From NCBI GenBank assembly GCA_032128875.1, contig JAVLKG010000002.1, forward strand, positions 768,001 to 832,000: a stretch of DNA of 64,000 nt, read 5' to 3'. A program made the position numbers and the translations under genes. Numbering within the stretch: the stretch's first letter is position 1; each line of letters starts with the position of its first letter. Source of the DNA: Candidatus Melainabacteria bacterium 17Bon1m (lineage in GTDB: Bacteria > Cyanobacteriota > Vampirovibrionia > Obscuribacterales > Obscuribacteraceae). This document shows, piece by piece, positions 30,958 to 40,885 of the stretch. The notes below the pieces were generated by a model that ran no database searches, was not told where the DNA came from, and saw nothing but the letters and a program-made list of their open reading frames with translations.

Positions 30958-32334
30958 ATGAGAACTATTGTCTTTGTTGCTATGTTTTGCTTTTGCTCAG
31001 GGCTTGTCTGCGGATGGGCACCGGTGTTTCGAGAAGACGTGTCCTCTAGGTTGGCAGAAGCAATTCTGAAAGATGAAACCTACGTTGGTTATTGCGAACG
31101 CGGCATTAAGAAGCTGGATCGGGGCGACTATAGTGCCGCTATCTTGGACTTCAACCAATCAATTCGACTAAATCCACGGCACGGCAGAGCATTTCATAAT
31201 CGCGGTAATGCAGAAGAGTATCTTCACGACTACAAAAGTGCATTAAGGGACTTCGCTCGTGCCATCGAGCTAAACTATCAGAACGCATACTACAATCGCG
31301 CTGCGCTTCGCTCAAAGTTAGGCGACAAGCGTGGCGCAGTCGCTGATTTGACGCAGTGCATCTTGCACAAGAACTTGTTGATTGATAGTCATGCTTGTCG
31401 AGGCTGGGAACTTGAGTTATTGGGCGATAAAAAAGCTGCCATGGATGACTTTCTGTATGTTCAGAAAAGCAAACCTGTTGAAGCCTCAGAATTTGGAAAT
31501 CGAGCATGGGTATTGGCTCATCTTGGCGATCATATCGGCGCGATTAAAGATTTCGATTTGGCTCTCAAACTTAACCCAGAGAGTAGTTGGGCTTTTGATA
31601 AAAGAGGCTTATCAAAGCAAGCGCTAGGAAACAGTGTCGGAGCAGTGCAAGACTTTGAAGAGGCTGTGCGTTTGAGTCCCCATTTTGCATTTGCTCACTA
31701 TGATCTTGGCGCAGAAAGGTTGAACTCACATGATTACCGAAGCGCGTTGAGTGAATTCAATAGGGCAATCGCTTGCGATTCAGATGTCGCCATTTTTTAT
31801 TCTGGACGCGCAGTTGCATATGCCCATCTGGAAAAATTACAGGCTGCAAAAGCTGACTATCTCAAGAGGCTCAAACTTGACCCCGCGAACCCCTCGCATC
31901 CATTGCAGTGGCTTGCTGAGACACAATTTGAACTTGGCGAGTTTCGAGAAGCGCTGGTCACCTACAATAAAGCAATATTTGCTGATCCGAAAAAAGCATG
32001 CCTTTGGGCACATCGAGGAAGATGTAAAAGCGCACTTAAGGACGACACCGGCGGTTTGTCTGACTTCAATCGTGCAATTGGAATTGATCCGAATTACTCT
32101 TGGGCTTATCAGTGTCGTGCTATTGCGAATGAGAACTTGAATGACAAGAAAGGCGCGTTATCCGATTACAATGAGTGTATTCGCTTGGATAAAAATGCAA
32201 TGCACGCATACATTTATCGCGCCCATTTGCGGGCTGAACTGGGAGACCCTCATGGTGCTTGTGATGACTACTGTTCGGCGATTCAAACAGGTGCCCCAGC
32301 AATCCCTTTGGTTATCCAGAGCCTTTTTCAATAG
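30958..32334 (+). CDS. Tetratricopeptide repeat protein
   Basis: Many 34-aa TPR units (AILDFNQSIRLNP, AIKDFDLALKLNP); N-terminal signal/TM. Confidence 0.92.
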   Translation: MRTIVFVAMFCFCSGLVCGWAPVFREDVSSRLAEAILKDETYVGYCERGIKKLDRGDYSAAILDFNQSIRLNPRHGRAFHNRGNAEEYLHDYKSALRDFARAIELNYQNAYYNRAALRSKLGDKRGAVADLTQCILHKNLLIDSHACRGWELELLGDKKAAMDDFLYVQKSKPVEASEFGNRAWVLAHLGDHIGAIKDFDLALKLNPESSWAFDKRGLSKQALGNSVGAVQDFEEAVRLSPHFAFAHYDLGAERLNSHDYRSALSEFNRAIACDSDVAIFYSGRAVAYAHLEKLQAAKADYLKRLKLDPANPSHPLQWLAETQFELGEFREALVTYNKAIFADPKKACLWAHRGRCKSALKDDTGGLSDFNRAIGIDPNYSWAYQCRAIANENLNDKKGALSDYNECIRLDKNAMHAYIYRAHLRAELGDPHGACDDYCSAIQTGAPAIPLVIQSLFQ

Positions 32335-32343
32335 GAACTCAGG

Positions 32344-33213
32344 ATGAGTTCAACAAATTTCAATTGTGCCGCGGCCGTGTGTCTTGCATTAATCGCTTGT
32401 TGTTTGTTTGCCTCTGATGGGCGCGCAAATATGGGTCGAATTTCCGATGGAGGTTCCGCTCACCTTCTGGGAGACAGTTCTACGGTGACCATGGAAAACG
32501 AGGTCATCAATATTTCTGTTGGTAAGGATCTTATTAAAGCCGACTGTCAATTCACGTTTGTAAATCACGGACCAAAATGCACTGTCCGAATGGGTTTTCC
32601 TGATCAGGTTTTGAAATGGAATGACAAAGCGCAGAACGAACCAGTAGGTGGCTTTCTCTCCTACAAGACTTATATTGACGGAGTGGAGGCAAACACGGAG
32701 TATGTTCGCGCTGAGCAACAAGACAAGCATGGTGAATATAACTCATGGCACGCAAATGTTGTCACCTTTGAGGAAAATGGTACACACCAGATTCGAAACG
32801 TTTACTCTACGCGTCCTAGTGTGCGACCAGTCACTCACAAACTCGGCGCCAAACTAGTTAATTACACCCTACATACGGGATCGTCTTGGAACGGGCCGAT
32901 AAAAAGTTCTGTTGTTGGCTTCACTTTTGACAAGGATGCTGCATCCGAGCCACTGAAACCTGTGGATATGAATTCTTTAGACGAGGAAGAAAATGGTCTG
33001 CTGGATTGGAAACATGCCTCTCGAGGCACACTTTTGTACGAAGCATCAAAGTCTCCAACTGTGAGAGGAGCCACCATTCGTTTTGCATTTAGAAATCTGA
33101 AGCCATCAGAAAAGGATGATATTTCTATTCTTTATGGACGAGTAAGCGAGCGCGAAGCTGAGGAATTCGACAATATGGTGCACAAGGAAACCCAGTTGCA
33201 ATACTCGAAGTGA
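32344..33213 (+). CDS. Secreted protein, DUF4424-like
   Basis: Signal peptide; VTMENEVINI, MGFP, YTLHTGSSWNGPI. Confidence 0.65.
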   Translation: MSSTNFNCAAAVCLALIACCLFASDGRANMGRISDGGSAHLLGDSSTVTMENEVINISVGKDLIKADCQFTFVNHGPKCTVRMGFPDQVLKWNDKAQNEPVGGFLSYKTYIDGVEANTEYVRAEQQDKHGEYNSWHANVVTFEENGTHQIRNVYSTRPSVRPVTHKLGAKLVNYTLHTGSSWNGPIKSSVVGFTFDKDAASEPLKPVDMNSLDEEENGLLDWKHASRGTLLYEASKSPTVRGATIRFAFRNLKPSEKDDISILYGRVSEREAEEFDNMVHKETQLQYSK

Positions 33214-33633
33214 TCTCAGCACTTGTTCAGCCCATTTTTTGATTGTTTTCCATGTAGATTCAGTCCTGTTGCGTTTCACTACATCACCTGTAAATAAGGC
33301 GGGTTGCTCGTCTACGTGTTGTTGATGTTGTTTGATCTTCTTTGATAAGAAAGTCTCTTCATTTATGAATGTTGACCCGATGCCACCAAAAGCGGTGATT
33401 CATGAACATCATTTCTTTAGATTGTCGCGATCCGGTGATTTCGGCAGTTTCTTGAAACTTACCCGAAACCGGCATTCAACAATAATCAATCGTTGTGTAT
33501 GCGCAACCGTCCACCAATAGACGAATCGAAGGCTTCATGACCTTCTTCAGAGGTGATGAAAGTGATGGAAACCGCATAGCAGACCAAGCAAAATCGAATA
33601 TGATGGTTGTAATCATATGAGGGTAAGGTCCAC

Positions 33634-34539
33634 ATGGTCGGATTTAGACCAGCGAGAAGGAGAGACCGTAGAACTCTAGTCATTATTGCTAGTGTATTTC
33701 TTGCCTTTTTCGCCTATTACCTCGCTGCTCAGTATCAGGTCTTTTCTGAACGAGTGCGGCTTCTACATGCCTTAGCAGTCAAGCGAGATAAGCGTTCTAT
33801 TCAAAAGGGACTGGCACAGATTTACGAAGATGCCGGTCTCTTTGGAGATGCAATTTCCTGTTACAGAAAGTCCTTGCCGCGTGAGTGGAGCAAGGGAATT
33901 GCTGATCACGACCTGTTTCCAGCTTGGGAGAGTCTAGAGAGACAGGTGCCATTTGATCCAAACCTACACATTGGATTTGGCGAATTTTTTGAGAGTCAAG
34001 GTATGCGCAAACAGGCGGCACTCGAGTATTGGCAGGCAATGATGGTTTCGCCCGGGCATCAAAATGTTGAAGCTGAAAGAAAGCTTGTCTCCGTGGCACT
34101 GCTGAAAACTGGTCAAGCTCGACCCACAACATTTGACCTCACTAAATTAGATAATTATGACCGGTGGTTTGATCGAGACCTCGTTTCCAATTGGCGCCCA
34201 CCAGCACACAAAGGCTTTCTTCTAACACGTTGTAGTATTCAACCAAGCAACTGCAATGTGGTGGAGGTGACCGGACCAAGCGGTTCTATTTTGCATGATT
34301 ATTCAGCAGTGACATTTCTGCGCTCAAAAGCTTGTCGTGATAGGCTACAAACCAACGACTGTTGTTTTATTAGCTACAGTGTGGCATTGATGTCAGACGG
34401 GGACGCCAAATTTGTAAACTGCTATGTCTATGGATTCGAATGCAACATCGTAGAAACGAGCCAATGGGAAATCTGGGAGTGGCAAGCCAGAAAATTGCTC
34501 CGCACGATCAATAGACGTCTTGGAATTCACAGTATTTAA
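33634..34539 (+). CDS. Membrane-anchored hypothetical protein with TPR-like region
   Basis: N-terminal TM; LAQIYEDAGLFGDAISCYRK. Confidence 0.6.
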   Translation: MVGFRPARRRDRRTLVIIASVFLAFFAYYLAAQYQVFSERVRLLHALAVKRDKRSIQKGLAQIYEDAGLFGDAISCYRKSLPREWSKGIADHDLFPAWESLERQVPFDPNLHIGFGEFFESQGMRKQAALEYWQAMMVSPGHQNVEAERKLVSVALLKTGQARPTTFDLTKLDNYDRWFDRDLVSNWRPPAHKGFLLTRCSIQPSNCNVVEVTGPSGSILHDYSAVTFLRSKACRDRLQTNDCCFISYSVALMSDGDAKFVNCYVYGFECNIVETSQWEIWEWQARKLLRTINRRLGIHSI

Positions 34540-34609
34540 ACCTAGTGTACAGCCAGACGAATCGAAAACTTCATAGCTATTCGAATCGGAAGTAAAACAC
34601 TTCCCTATC

Positions 34610-34888
34610 TCATTTTTCCGCGGCGTGTGACTTTGGATTCGTTATTAATGTCGTTGCGTCGACCCACAATTGATTATGAATTCCGATTCCACGAATGCGG
34701 TAGCCAATGAGAATTCCATTGTCCCCAGATCGAAGGTCGAGGTGGTAAATGTTTTCCTCCTCGCCGCAAAAACTTCGAGCATCGAACGTGTAGAACTCAT
34801 AGTCGGTCTTTTTATGAAGTCTGGGCTTTCCCCAGAAGGCCTTGGCGTCACTTAGCGTAAGTGGTGCCCAGCCCTGGTTTAGCTTCAC
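34610..34888 (-). CDS. Small hypothetical protein, possibly 5'-truncated
   Basis: 92 aa ORF next to the GTTGGGA repeat cluster. Confidence 0.45.
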   Translation of the reverse strand: MKLNQGWAPLTLSDAKAFWGKPRLHKKTDYEFYTFDARSFCGEEENIYHLDLRSGDNGILIGYRIRGIGIHNQLWVDATTLITNPKSHAAEK

Positions 34889-34930
34889 AAATGTAATTTA
34901 CGTCTTGTGATTCTCAAAACTTGACCTGAA

Positions 34931-35013
34931 AAGTTGGGAATTCGTTGGGATATTGTTGGGACGAGAATTTGGCCGTTTTTATCCCCACTTTTGACAAAAC
35001 ACGAGGGGGTTAG
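34931..35013 (+). repeat. Three GTTGGGA direct repeats (11-bp period) followed by a 12-bp tRNA-Val fragment; att-like site
   Basis: GTTGGGA at 34933, 34944 and 34955. CGAGGGGGTTAG at 35002-35013 is identical to part of the tRNA at 42451-42522, in opposite orientation. Confidence 0.55.
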
Positions 35014-35151
35014 TTGGAAGGCAAGCCTAGATTCACTGTTGAGGCTTTGACAAGGGTCAAATGTCGGAGTTGGTTAAAGTGGTTCCTTGTAAAGGACCAA
35101 AAAGTTCAGGGTCTGAAACTTCGTGCGATGCCGACGGGTTTTAATACATGG

Positions 35152-35745
35152 TCATTCTTTTGGTGGAAGTTCCGATTTTGTTCTTTTGCTCGTGCCTGCT
35201 ACGGCTGGCATATCAGAAGCTTTGTTTTCAGGTTTTGATTTTTCGATGTTGTACAACATTCCACCTGCAGGAGCGGAGGGATCAGAAACACCTTCCTTCA
35301 AAATGACTTTGAACTCCTTGCCGTTCAGTCTAGCTGGATTGTGCAATTCGCTTTCTTTTGTTTTTAAACACTCAATGATGATGGTCTGTGAATCTTTCCA
35401 CCGAATGTTTACACCGTATGAGTTGTCGTTGCGACTTGCTCCATAGAGATTTGCTATCTGCAAGTTTCCTTCAGGTTCCGGTGAATTTTGATTTGCTTCT
35501 GATCTTGCTGCGCAAAGATAAATCCAGTAGCCAAATGAAGTTGTAGCACCACCATTTCGTTCAAACACGACACATTCGTATTTTTTGTCAGGCGATAATG
35601 AACGTGCGACTTCATCATGGCTAACTATGTCTGCGCATCCGAACGCGAGAGTGTTAGCAAGAAGGCTGGCGAAGAAAAGTATCGATTTATCCAGAACCAC
35701 AGATCTCAGAATTTTACGATTCAGAATGATCATCGCTTGAATCAA
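35152..35745 (-). CDS. Putative lipoprotein, DUF5412-like
   Basis: LAFGC lipobox-like; SPDKKYECVVFERNGGATTSFGY. Confidence 0.65.
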   Translation of the reverse strand: MIQAMIILNRKILRSVVLDKSILFFASLLANTLAFGCADIVSHDEVARSLSPDKKYECVVFERNGGATTSFGYWIYLCAARSEANQNSPEPEGNLQIANLYGASRNDNSYGVNIRWKDSQTIIIECLKTKESELHNPARLNGKEFKVILKEGVSDPSAPAGGMLYNIEKSKPENKASDMPAVAGTSKRTKSELPPKE

Positions 35746-35749
35746 CTAT

Positions 35750-36073
35750 TCAGAAGGCTCGTCCGCGTACGCAAATCGGTATGTCACGTTCGTTTAATAG
35801 CTCAATTGCTTGGACTTTATTGTCGTCAGAAGCGTCTAAAAGCTTAATCGAGTCATCGGTTAGATGAACTTCAACTGGGCCGCCTGGCGAGGTTATAACT
35901 GACTTGATTCTCTTTCGATTTGGAGACCAATTCACAATGTGTTTGAATTCGGCAAAAGTAAGAGTTGCATTGTTGTGTTGCGATCCCCAAATGAGGCCAA
36001 ATAATGCGGACAACAGCATGAATGTCGCAGTTATTGCCAAAATTGTCGATTTCCGCCTGGGGTCGTTGATCAT
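35750..36073 (-). CDS. Small membrane protein resembling a stand-alone FtsH extracellular domain
   Basis: TM helix then TLTFAEFKHIV...IKSVIT...VEVHL...IELLNERDIP. Confidence 0.55.
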   Translation of the reverse strand: MINDPRRKSTILAITATFMLLSALFGLIWGSQHNNATLTFAEFKHIVNWSPNRKRIKSVITSPGGPVEVHLTDDSIKLLDASDDNKVQAIELLNERDIPICVRGRAF

Positions 36074-36118
36074 TGCGGTGCCAACTTCTCATCTTTTGCA
36101 TAACTGTTCAATCAGTCA

Positions 36119-36520
36119 TCATTCAGTTTGACACAAAAGTAAGATTCTGGCTTGCCTGGTTCTTAAAACGCTAGGCGATTTAGAGAGAGTCTCGTCGCTA
36201 TGAGGCTTTCGAGTCATTTCTCTGGGGGTAGTTTTCGAGCCATTCATAGGACACCTTTTTGCTCTTTTCCATAAGGGCTTGGTATGTTTATCTTTGAGCG
36301 GTTCTTTTCTGTTTCCCATTTTCCAGGCTGCCGCCACCAGGTACATAATGCGACCTGTGGCATGAAGTCCTTTCAAGTTGAGTTTGACCAAGCGATCTTC
36401 CATCTTGTTTAGTTTTGCCATTATGTCTCGCTCGGCAGGATGCATGAAGGCTTGGTCCATGTGTTTCAAGTATGTCTCAATCACTTCGCGACTATATGCG
36501 TGCGACGCAATTCCTGCCAA
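36119..36520 (-). CDS. Hypothetical ORF, possibly a frameshifted continuation of 36481-36825
   Basis: 133 aa, overlaps the upstream gene by 40 bp; no recognisable motif. Confidence 0.3.
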   Translation of the reverse strand: MAGIASHAYSREVIETYLKHMDQAFMHPAERDIMAKLNKMEDRLVKLNLKGLHATGRIMYLVAAAWKMGNRKEPLKDKHTKPLWKRAKRCPMNGSKTTPREMTRKPHSDETLSKSPSVLRTRQARILLLCQTE

Positions 36521-36825
36521 GACTCGTGATAAAAACCAGGAGGCACGACCATGAATCTCATGTGGCTTTCACTTCGCAGTTTTAGAGTCGCTATATCGCG
36601 TCCCCAAAGGTCGGTGAGTCCAAGTTGCAAATTAATGCGCTCAATCCTCTTCTGGCCTTCTGGAGAAGAAAGCATCACCCTATATTGCGCATAGGGCAAT
36701 TCGACTGCTGTCCGACCAGGATCAAAGAAGGCACGAACTGACAAAGGTATGAAGAGCAAGATCAGAAGCAGAGTAAACCTCTGCAAATTGCTGGTGGAGA
36801 CTGTTAGGAAAGCACTGTGTGGCAT
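36481..36825 (-). CDS. Small membrane protein resembling a stand-alone FtsH extracellular domain
   Basis: TM helix then VELPYAQYRVML...RIERINL...ATLKL...WQELRRTHI. Confidence 0.5.
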   Translation of the reverse strand: MPHSAFLTVSTSNLQRFTLLLILLFIPLSVRAFFDPGRTAVELPYAQYRVMLSSPEGQKRIERINLQLGLTDLWGRDIATLKLRSESHMRFMVVPPGFYHESWQELRRTHIVAK

Positions 36826-36843
36826 GGTCTAAAGTTCCCAGAA

Positions 36844-37252
36844 CTAGTAGCAAGAGAATCCAACAAATGTCGGAATCCCCAACTTTTCGACTGCATCATA
36901 GATTTTTCGGCCTTGTCCTTCGGCGAATACTAATCGCCGTTGTTTACTCTCAATTTTCAACTGCACATAGACAACATTGCCGAGATATCGTCGAGAAATT
37001 GAACTTCCCCGATTTTGGCCTGGGCTTCTTCTTTTGAGACAAGCATGGATTGCAATTCACTGAAAGAGAGTCGAGGTGTCAATAAATCATTCACGAATCC
37101 TTGGTAGATGCAGATTCCTGCATAGAGATAGCAGGTGACGTTGTTCCTCGAAAGCGGTTAACCCATTCGCCCGGTATAAAGTAGGCACAAACTAGCACAA
37201 TGCAAATGATTGCAGTGGTAATGAATCTGCTCAGGCTCAGTGGCAAGATCAT
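36844..37252 (-). pseudogene. Frameshifted paralog of the FtsH-extracellular-like genes
   Basis: Three frames join as MILPLSLSRFITTAIICIVLV / ...PRLSFSELQSMLVSKEEAQAKIGEVQFLD / GNVVYVQLK...IYDAVEKLGIPTF. Confidence 0.5.
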
Positions 37253-37423
37253 TTGAAAACTCCATTCTCTGGAGTTCACTATGACAGCGTGCCCGGCCAT
37301 GAACACTCGGCAACACGCACCAACTTTGGATTTGTGGTTTGCAGGCACGCTTATAGTGGGCATCTTACGGACACTCATGTGGTCCTGCTTTTGTCGCCAC
37401 CCGGAGAACCATGAGATGATGAA

Positions 37424-37753
37424 ATGAGGCATGCGCTAAGAGGCGTAACTTTGAGATTTTTTTGCTACCTAGCTGTAGTGTTTGTTCTAGGGTGTGTAAG
37501 ACCAGCGTTGGGAGAGCCCACCCTAAGCGAGCTACTGGCGGAAGACGGGCCACGTAATTGGTCGCATGTTTTGGCAGCCGTATCGTCTGTGGTTTCTCTG
37601 GCTCTCGCTGGTGTATTTGTTTGTCGTACCAAAAGGTCAGCCGGGCTCAAGGCCATGGTGGCTGTCTGTATTGTCATCGCGGGACCGATGATTTGCCATT
37701 TGGCTTACTTTTGGCTATGCCAGCTCTTGGGTAAACCAGATTGTTGTTTATGA
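37424..37753 (+). CDS. Small membrane protein
   Basis: 109 aa with three hydrophobic segments. Confidence 0.55.
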   Translation: MRHALRGVTLRFFCYLAVVFVLGCVRPALGEPTLSELLAEDGPRNWSHVLAAVSSVVSLALAGVFVCRTKRSAGLKAMVAVCIVIAGPMICHLAYFWLCQLLGKPDCCL

Positions 37754-37900
37754 TCTGCTCCAAATTTTTTGGACGGGACTTTTACCTGGTTTATGGTTCT
37801 GCGGCAGTGTGGGAAGCACGCTGTTCAGGGTATTAGGAGGCTACCTTAGCATGCGGTGTAAAATAGAGAGAAACGGCGCCAGTGCCTGCGACATTACTAT

Positions 37901-38491
37901 TTGGAGTATGCCTTTCATTTGAGTAAATTTGGACAAGCTGAAGTTGCCTTATCCCAATTAGTTGGCCTTCCGTTTTTGTACGCTGGTGCGGCCGGCACTC
38001 TACTTTGGGTTCATTTCGGAGACGAAGTTGAGATTCCAGATATGCGTGGGGGGGCACGCACCGTCGGAGCCTGGGCCCTGCATATTGATTGTCCATGGCG
38101 CATTACAGGATTAGACGGCGTTTTAACTGGTTCTGGTGACTATTGGGAGCCTCCTGCACTTGGAGAGGACGGTCGTGACGAAAATTTTGATGCTTACAAC
38201 GATAGAACACGTTTTGATGTTCAAATTCGAAACTTCGTTTCCGAGTTTCGTGGTGCGTGCGTAAAAAACATTGCTGTTGATTCTGCCGGTGGATTTCGGC
38301 TCTCGATTGGGCGTTGGAACTCCCTTGAGGCGTTTCCGGTAAATTCACAAGATATAGAGTGCTGGAGGCTTTTTCAGCCTGGTAATTCAACAGACCATTT
38401 CGTGGTAACAGGCATCGGAACAAGTGGACCTTGCACTGCTAGGAGTGAGACACATAATCAGGTGTATGCCCAAGAAGATAAAGAGATTTGA
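37901..38491 (+). CDS. Hypothetical protein (orphan/immunity-like)
   Basis: LWVHFG...WALHIDCPWRI...ECWRLFQP...HFVV. Confidence 0.7.
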   Translation: MEYAFHLSKFGQAEVALSQLVGLPFLYAGAAGTLLWVHFGDEVEIPDMRGGARTVGAWALHIDCPWRITGLDGVLTGSGDYWEPPALGEDGRDENFDAYNDRTRFDVQIRNFVSEFRGACVKNIAVDSAGGFRLSIGRWNSLEAFPVNSQDIECWRLFQPGNSTDHFVVTGIGTSGPCTARSETHNQVYAQEDKEI

Positions 38492-38924
38492 TTCTGATGA
38501 TGTGAAAGCGCTAAAGCCTTGGTTACGCTTTCGACCAGACACGCTCTTTGATACAGAGCACCTTCTGCTTGCAATCGTAACTGAGAGGCCAAATTGCTTT
38601 GCCACGAAATTTCTTATTGAATTTGGATTTGACGCTGAAAAAGCGCAGGAGTATCTGAATGACATTAAAAGACTGCACGGAGAGCGGGATTATTCCTATT
38701 GGTGCGCGTGGGAGATAAACGCATTCTTGATTTACCAGCATGCAAGGGTTTTGGCAGGCAGACTTCAGAGCCCATCAGTTGATACAGAGCATCTTTTGTT
38801 GATGATGCTGCATCGCCATAGATGCGGAGCGTATCGATTCTTGGGAATACTCGGTATTCATCGGCAAAGACTTCAGAACAAATTGGTTCAGCATCTGAAG
38901 GAGCAAGCTGTTCTAAAAACTTAG
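38424..38924 (+). CDS. Divergent stand-alone Clp N-terminal repeat protein
   Basis: Two Clp-repeat motifs DTEHLLLAIV and SVDTEHLLLMM. Start may be ATG 38466. Confidence 0.7.
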   Translation: MDLALLGVRHIIRCMPKKIKRFDSDDVKALKPWLRFRPDTLFDTEHLLLAIVTERPNCFATKFLIEFGFDAEKAQEYLNDIKRLHGERDYSYWCAWEINAFLIYQHARVLAGRLQSPSVDTEHLLLMMLHRHRCGAYRFLGILGIHRQRLQNKLVQHLKEQAVLKT

Positions 38925-38959
38925 TAAGGTAGGATGGGAGTGTTTTCAGAGGCAGACAA

Positions 38960-40021
38960 GTGTCAACATCGGAACCTTCAAAGACTTCGCTAATTATGAG
39001 AGCGCATGAAGGCGGCAAGCTTAGCCGCAAGCAGGCGATTCTTCTCGAACAGAAGATCGCAGCCGATCCAGAGGACTTGGATTCACGCGTCAGTTTGCTT
39101 GGCTATTATCATCGGTCGACCATTCTTACGTGGTCTGGATTTCTATTCTCATCGCTCCATGGTAAATCAATTCACCAAGATAAGTACTTGCAGCTGATTA
39201 GGTGGTTTGTCGAGAATCATCCAACAGGGAGCGAAGCAGGTCTTCCTGAGATGTATCCGCCGTTTGGTTTTGAGGTCTCATTCGCCAACACGTTACGAGA
39301 ACTTTGGTTGAAGAATATTGATGAGTTTCCCGAAAATGCAAGAGTTCTAGGCAATGCGGCATCATTCTTTCATCATACAGATCAAGAACTCAGCGAGAAT
39401 TTGGTTCGCAAAGCAAAAGATCTTCAACCAGATAATCCCTATTGGGACGGTAGGCTCTCACAATTGGACAGTATTAGAGCGGTTGGTAGGCCGGAACTCG
39501 TTCATTCGGCACTCGCGGAAAAAGAAGCAGAGATTGATAAGAGCGAACGAGTCAATCCATATGATCTTGGCGCCCTAGCGCAGCTGGCTTTTGCAGCGGG
39601 CGATGATGATAAGGCTATATCTGCAGCGCAACGCTTGCTTTCTGTGGGGAAAGAACGGAATGATAAACGCAGCGATTATGGAAATGCAGTGCACGATGGC
39701 AATTGTATTCTAGGCCTAGTTGCCTTTAGGAGAGGTGATGTAATTTCTGCAAAGGAATTTCTGTTGAATGCGTCAAAGTCTCTGGGTTCGCCATCGCTCG
39801 ATACATTCGGACCAGAGATGGATCTTGCTCAAGATTTGCTTAACCATGGAGAGAGACGCGTGGTTGTTAAGTATCTTTGGGGCTGTCACAGATTCTGGAA
39901 CGGTATTCTATCGACACCGTTAGTTTTACTTTGGATAACCGCCATCACTTTTGGAATAAGACCGAGGCTGAATAATGTAGGAAATCTCCCTGAATCTATG
40001 AACAAATCAGTGACTCAATAG
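38960..40021 (+). CDS. TPR-like helical repeat protein (paralog of 40985-42253)
   Basis: RVSLLGYY, WFVENHP, YGNAVHDGNCILGLVAF, TFGPEMDLAQDL. Confidence 0.8.
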   Translation: MSTSEPSKTSLIMRAHEGGKLSRKQAILLEQKIAADPEDLDSRVSLLGYYHRSTILTWSGFLFSSLHGKSIHQDKYLQLIRWFVENHPTGSEAGLPEMYPPFGFEVSFANTLRELWLKNIDEFPENARVLGNAASFFHHTDQELSENLVRKAKDLQPDNPYWDGRLSQLDSIRAVGRPELVHSALAEKEAEIDKSERVNPYDLGALAQLAFAAGDDDKAISAAQRLLSVGKERNDKRSDYGNAVHDGNCILGLVAFRRGDVISAKEFLLNASKSLGSPSLDTFGPEMDLAQDLLNHGERRVVVKYLWGCHRFWNGILSTPLVLLWITAITFGIRPRLNNVGNLPESMNKSVTQ

Positions 40022-40032
40022 GTTTTTTCAAA

Positions 40033-40569
40033 ATGTATTCGATACAAAATGACGTAGCAGTTGAAATTGACGACGTGCCTTTGCCTGACTCCGGTGCACC
40101 ACTCCCACATTTGTATGCGACTGAAAGTGAAATTCAGATTGCATATTATGTGTCCGAAAGCGACTCTCGATGGAAGGTGCGACAAGTAAAGTTATGGTCA
40201 GACTCAGATGAACTTGTCGCAGAAGATTGCTTTGCTGTTGTGACCTGCAATGCGATTTACGCGCATTTTTTTGGTCCTCCGAACGATGAGGCTTTCTCAG
40301 GGCACCCGCTGTCTGAAAAAGGTCTTCATCCATATGGTGTTTTTGAAGTAAGAGAGTCTTCTTGGATTCAAGCGTTGGCGAAAATGAACTCTACACATCA
40401 GAGTCACAGCCCGGAAGTATTCAGTCAGTATCGACACTTTATTATCTCGTTTCACGACTCTACGTTTGAGTGTGTTGGACAGTCGTTGTCGTTCGAAATT
40501 TTCAATGGGGACGTCTCAGAAGTCTTTCTTGAAATATTGAGACGAGGATCTGACTTGAGAACGACATGA
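40033..40569 (+). CDS. Hypothetical protein
   Basis: DSGAPLP, FGPPNDEAFSGHPL, SSWI, HFIISFHDSTFECV. Confidence 0.75.
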   Translation: MYSIQNDVAVEIDDVPLPDSGAPLPHLYATESEIQIAYYVSESDSRWKVRQVKLWSDSDELVAEDCFAVVTCNAIYAHFFGPPNDEAFSGHPLSEKGLHPYGVFEVRESSWIQALAKMNSTHQSHSPEVFSQYRHFIISFHDSTFECVGQSLSFEIFNGDVSEVFLEILRRGSDLRTT

Positions 40570-40594
40570 TCTTGGATGATCAACAACTGTTTTT

Positions 40595-40885
40595 TTAGCT
40601 CGCTGGAACCGGCGACAGCAGTACTATATGTGGACCAAATAAGGTTCGATAAAGGATGATGAGGAATGCCGCAACGATGCAGCTTAGACCCAACCCGATT
40701 CTGTTAGGTCGCTTGCGCATGTTGCGTCCCAACAGACCAACAAGGACTAAACTGAGTCCACCGCCGAATGCGGCAAATTCAAAGAGCACCGTAGATAATC
40801 CCAGATGTTCTTCTTTCACTGCCAAAACCAGCGCGATGATAGGCAGTATTGCGCACCACTTGTTCAATTTCATGGTTGCGCTCAC
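40595..40885 (-). CDS. Small three-TM membrane protein
   Basis: 96 aa hydrophobic ORF. Confidence 0.55.
   Translation of the reverse strand: MSATMKLNKWCAILPIIALVLAVKEEHLGLSTVLFEFAAFGGGLSLVLVGLLGRNMRKRPNRIGLGLSCIVAAFLIILYRTLFGPHIVLLSPVPAS

Noticed and set aside
33215-33616. HAD-hydrolase pseudogene on the minus strand (starts MITTIIFDF)
   Set aside because: Only the first few residues resemble a HAD motif I. The rest shows no supporting motif, although the region does look like decayed coding DNA.
36875-36887. Extra inverted copy of the GTTGGG(G)A arm motif
   Set aside because: It falls inside the coding remnant EKLGIP and is explained by codons.
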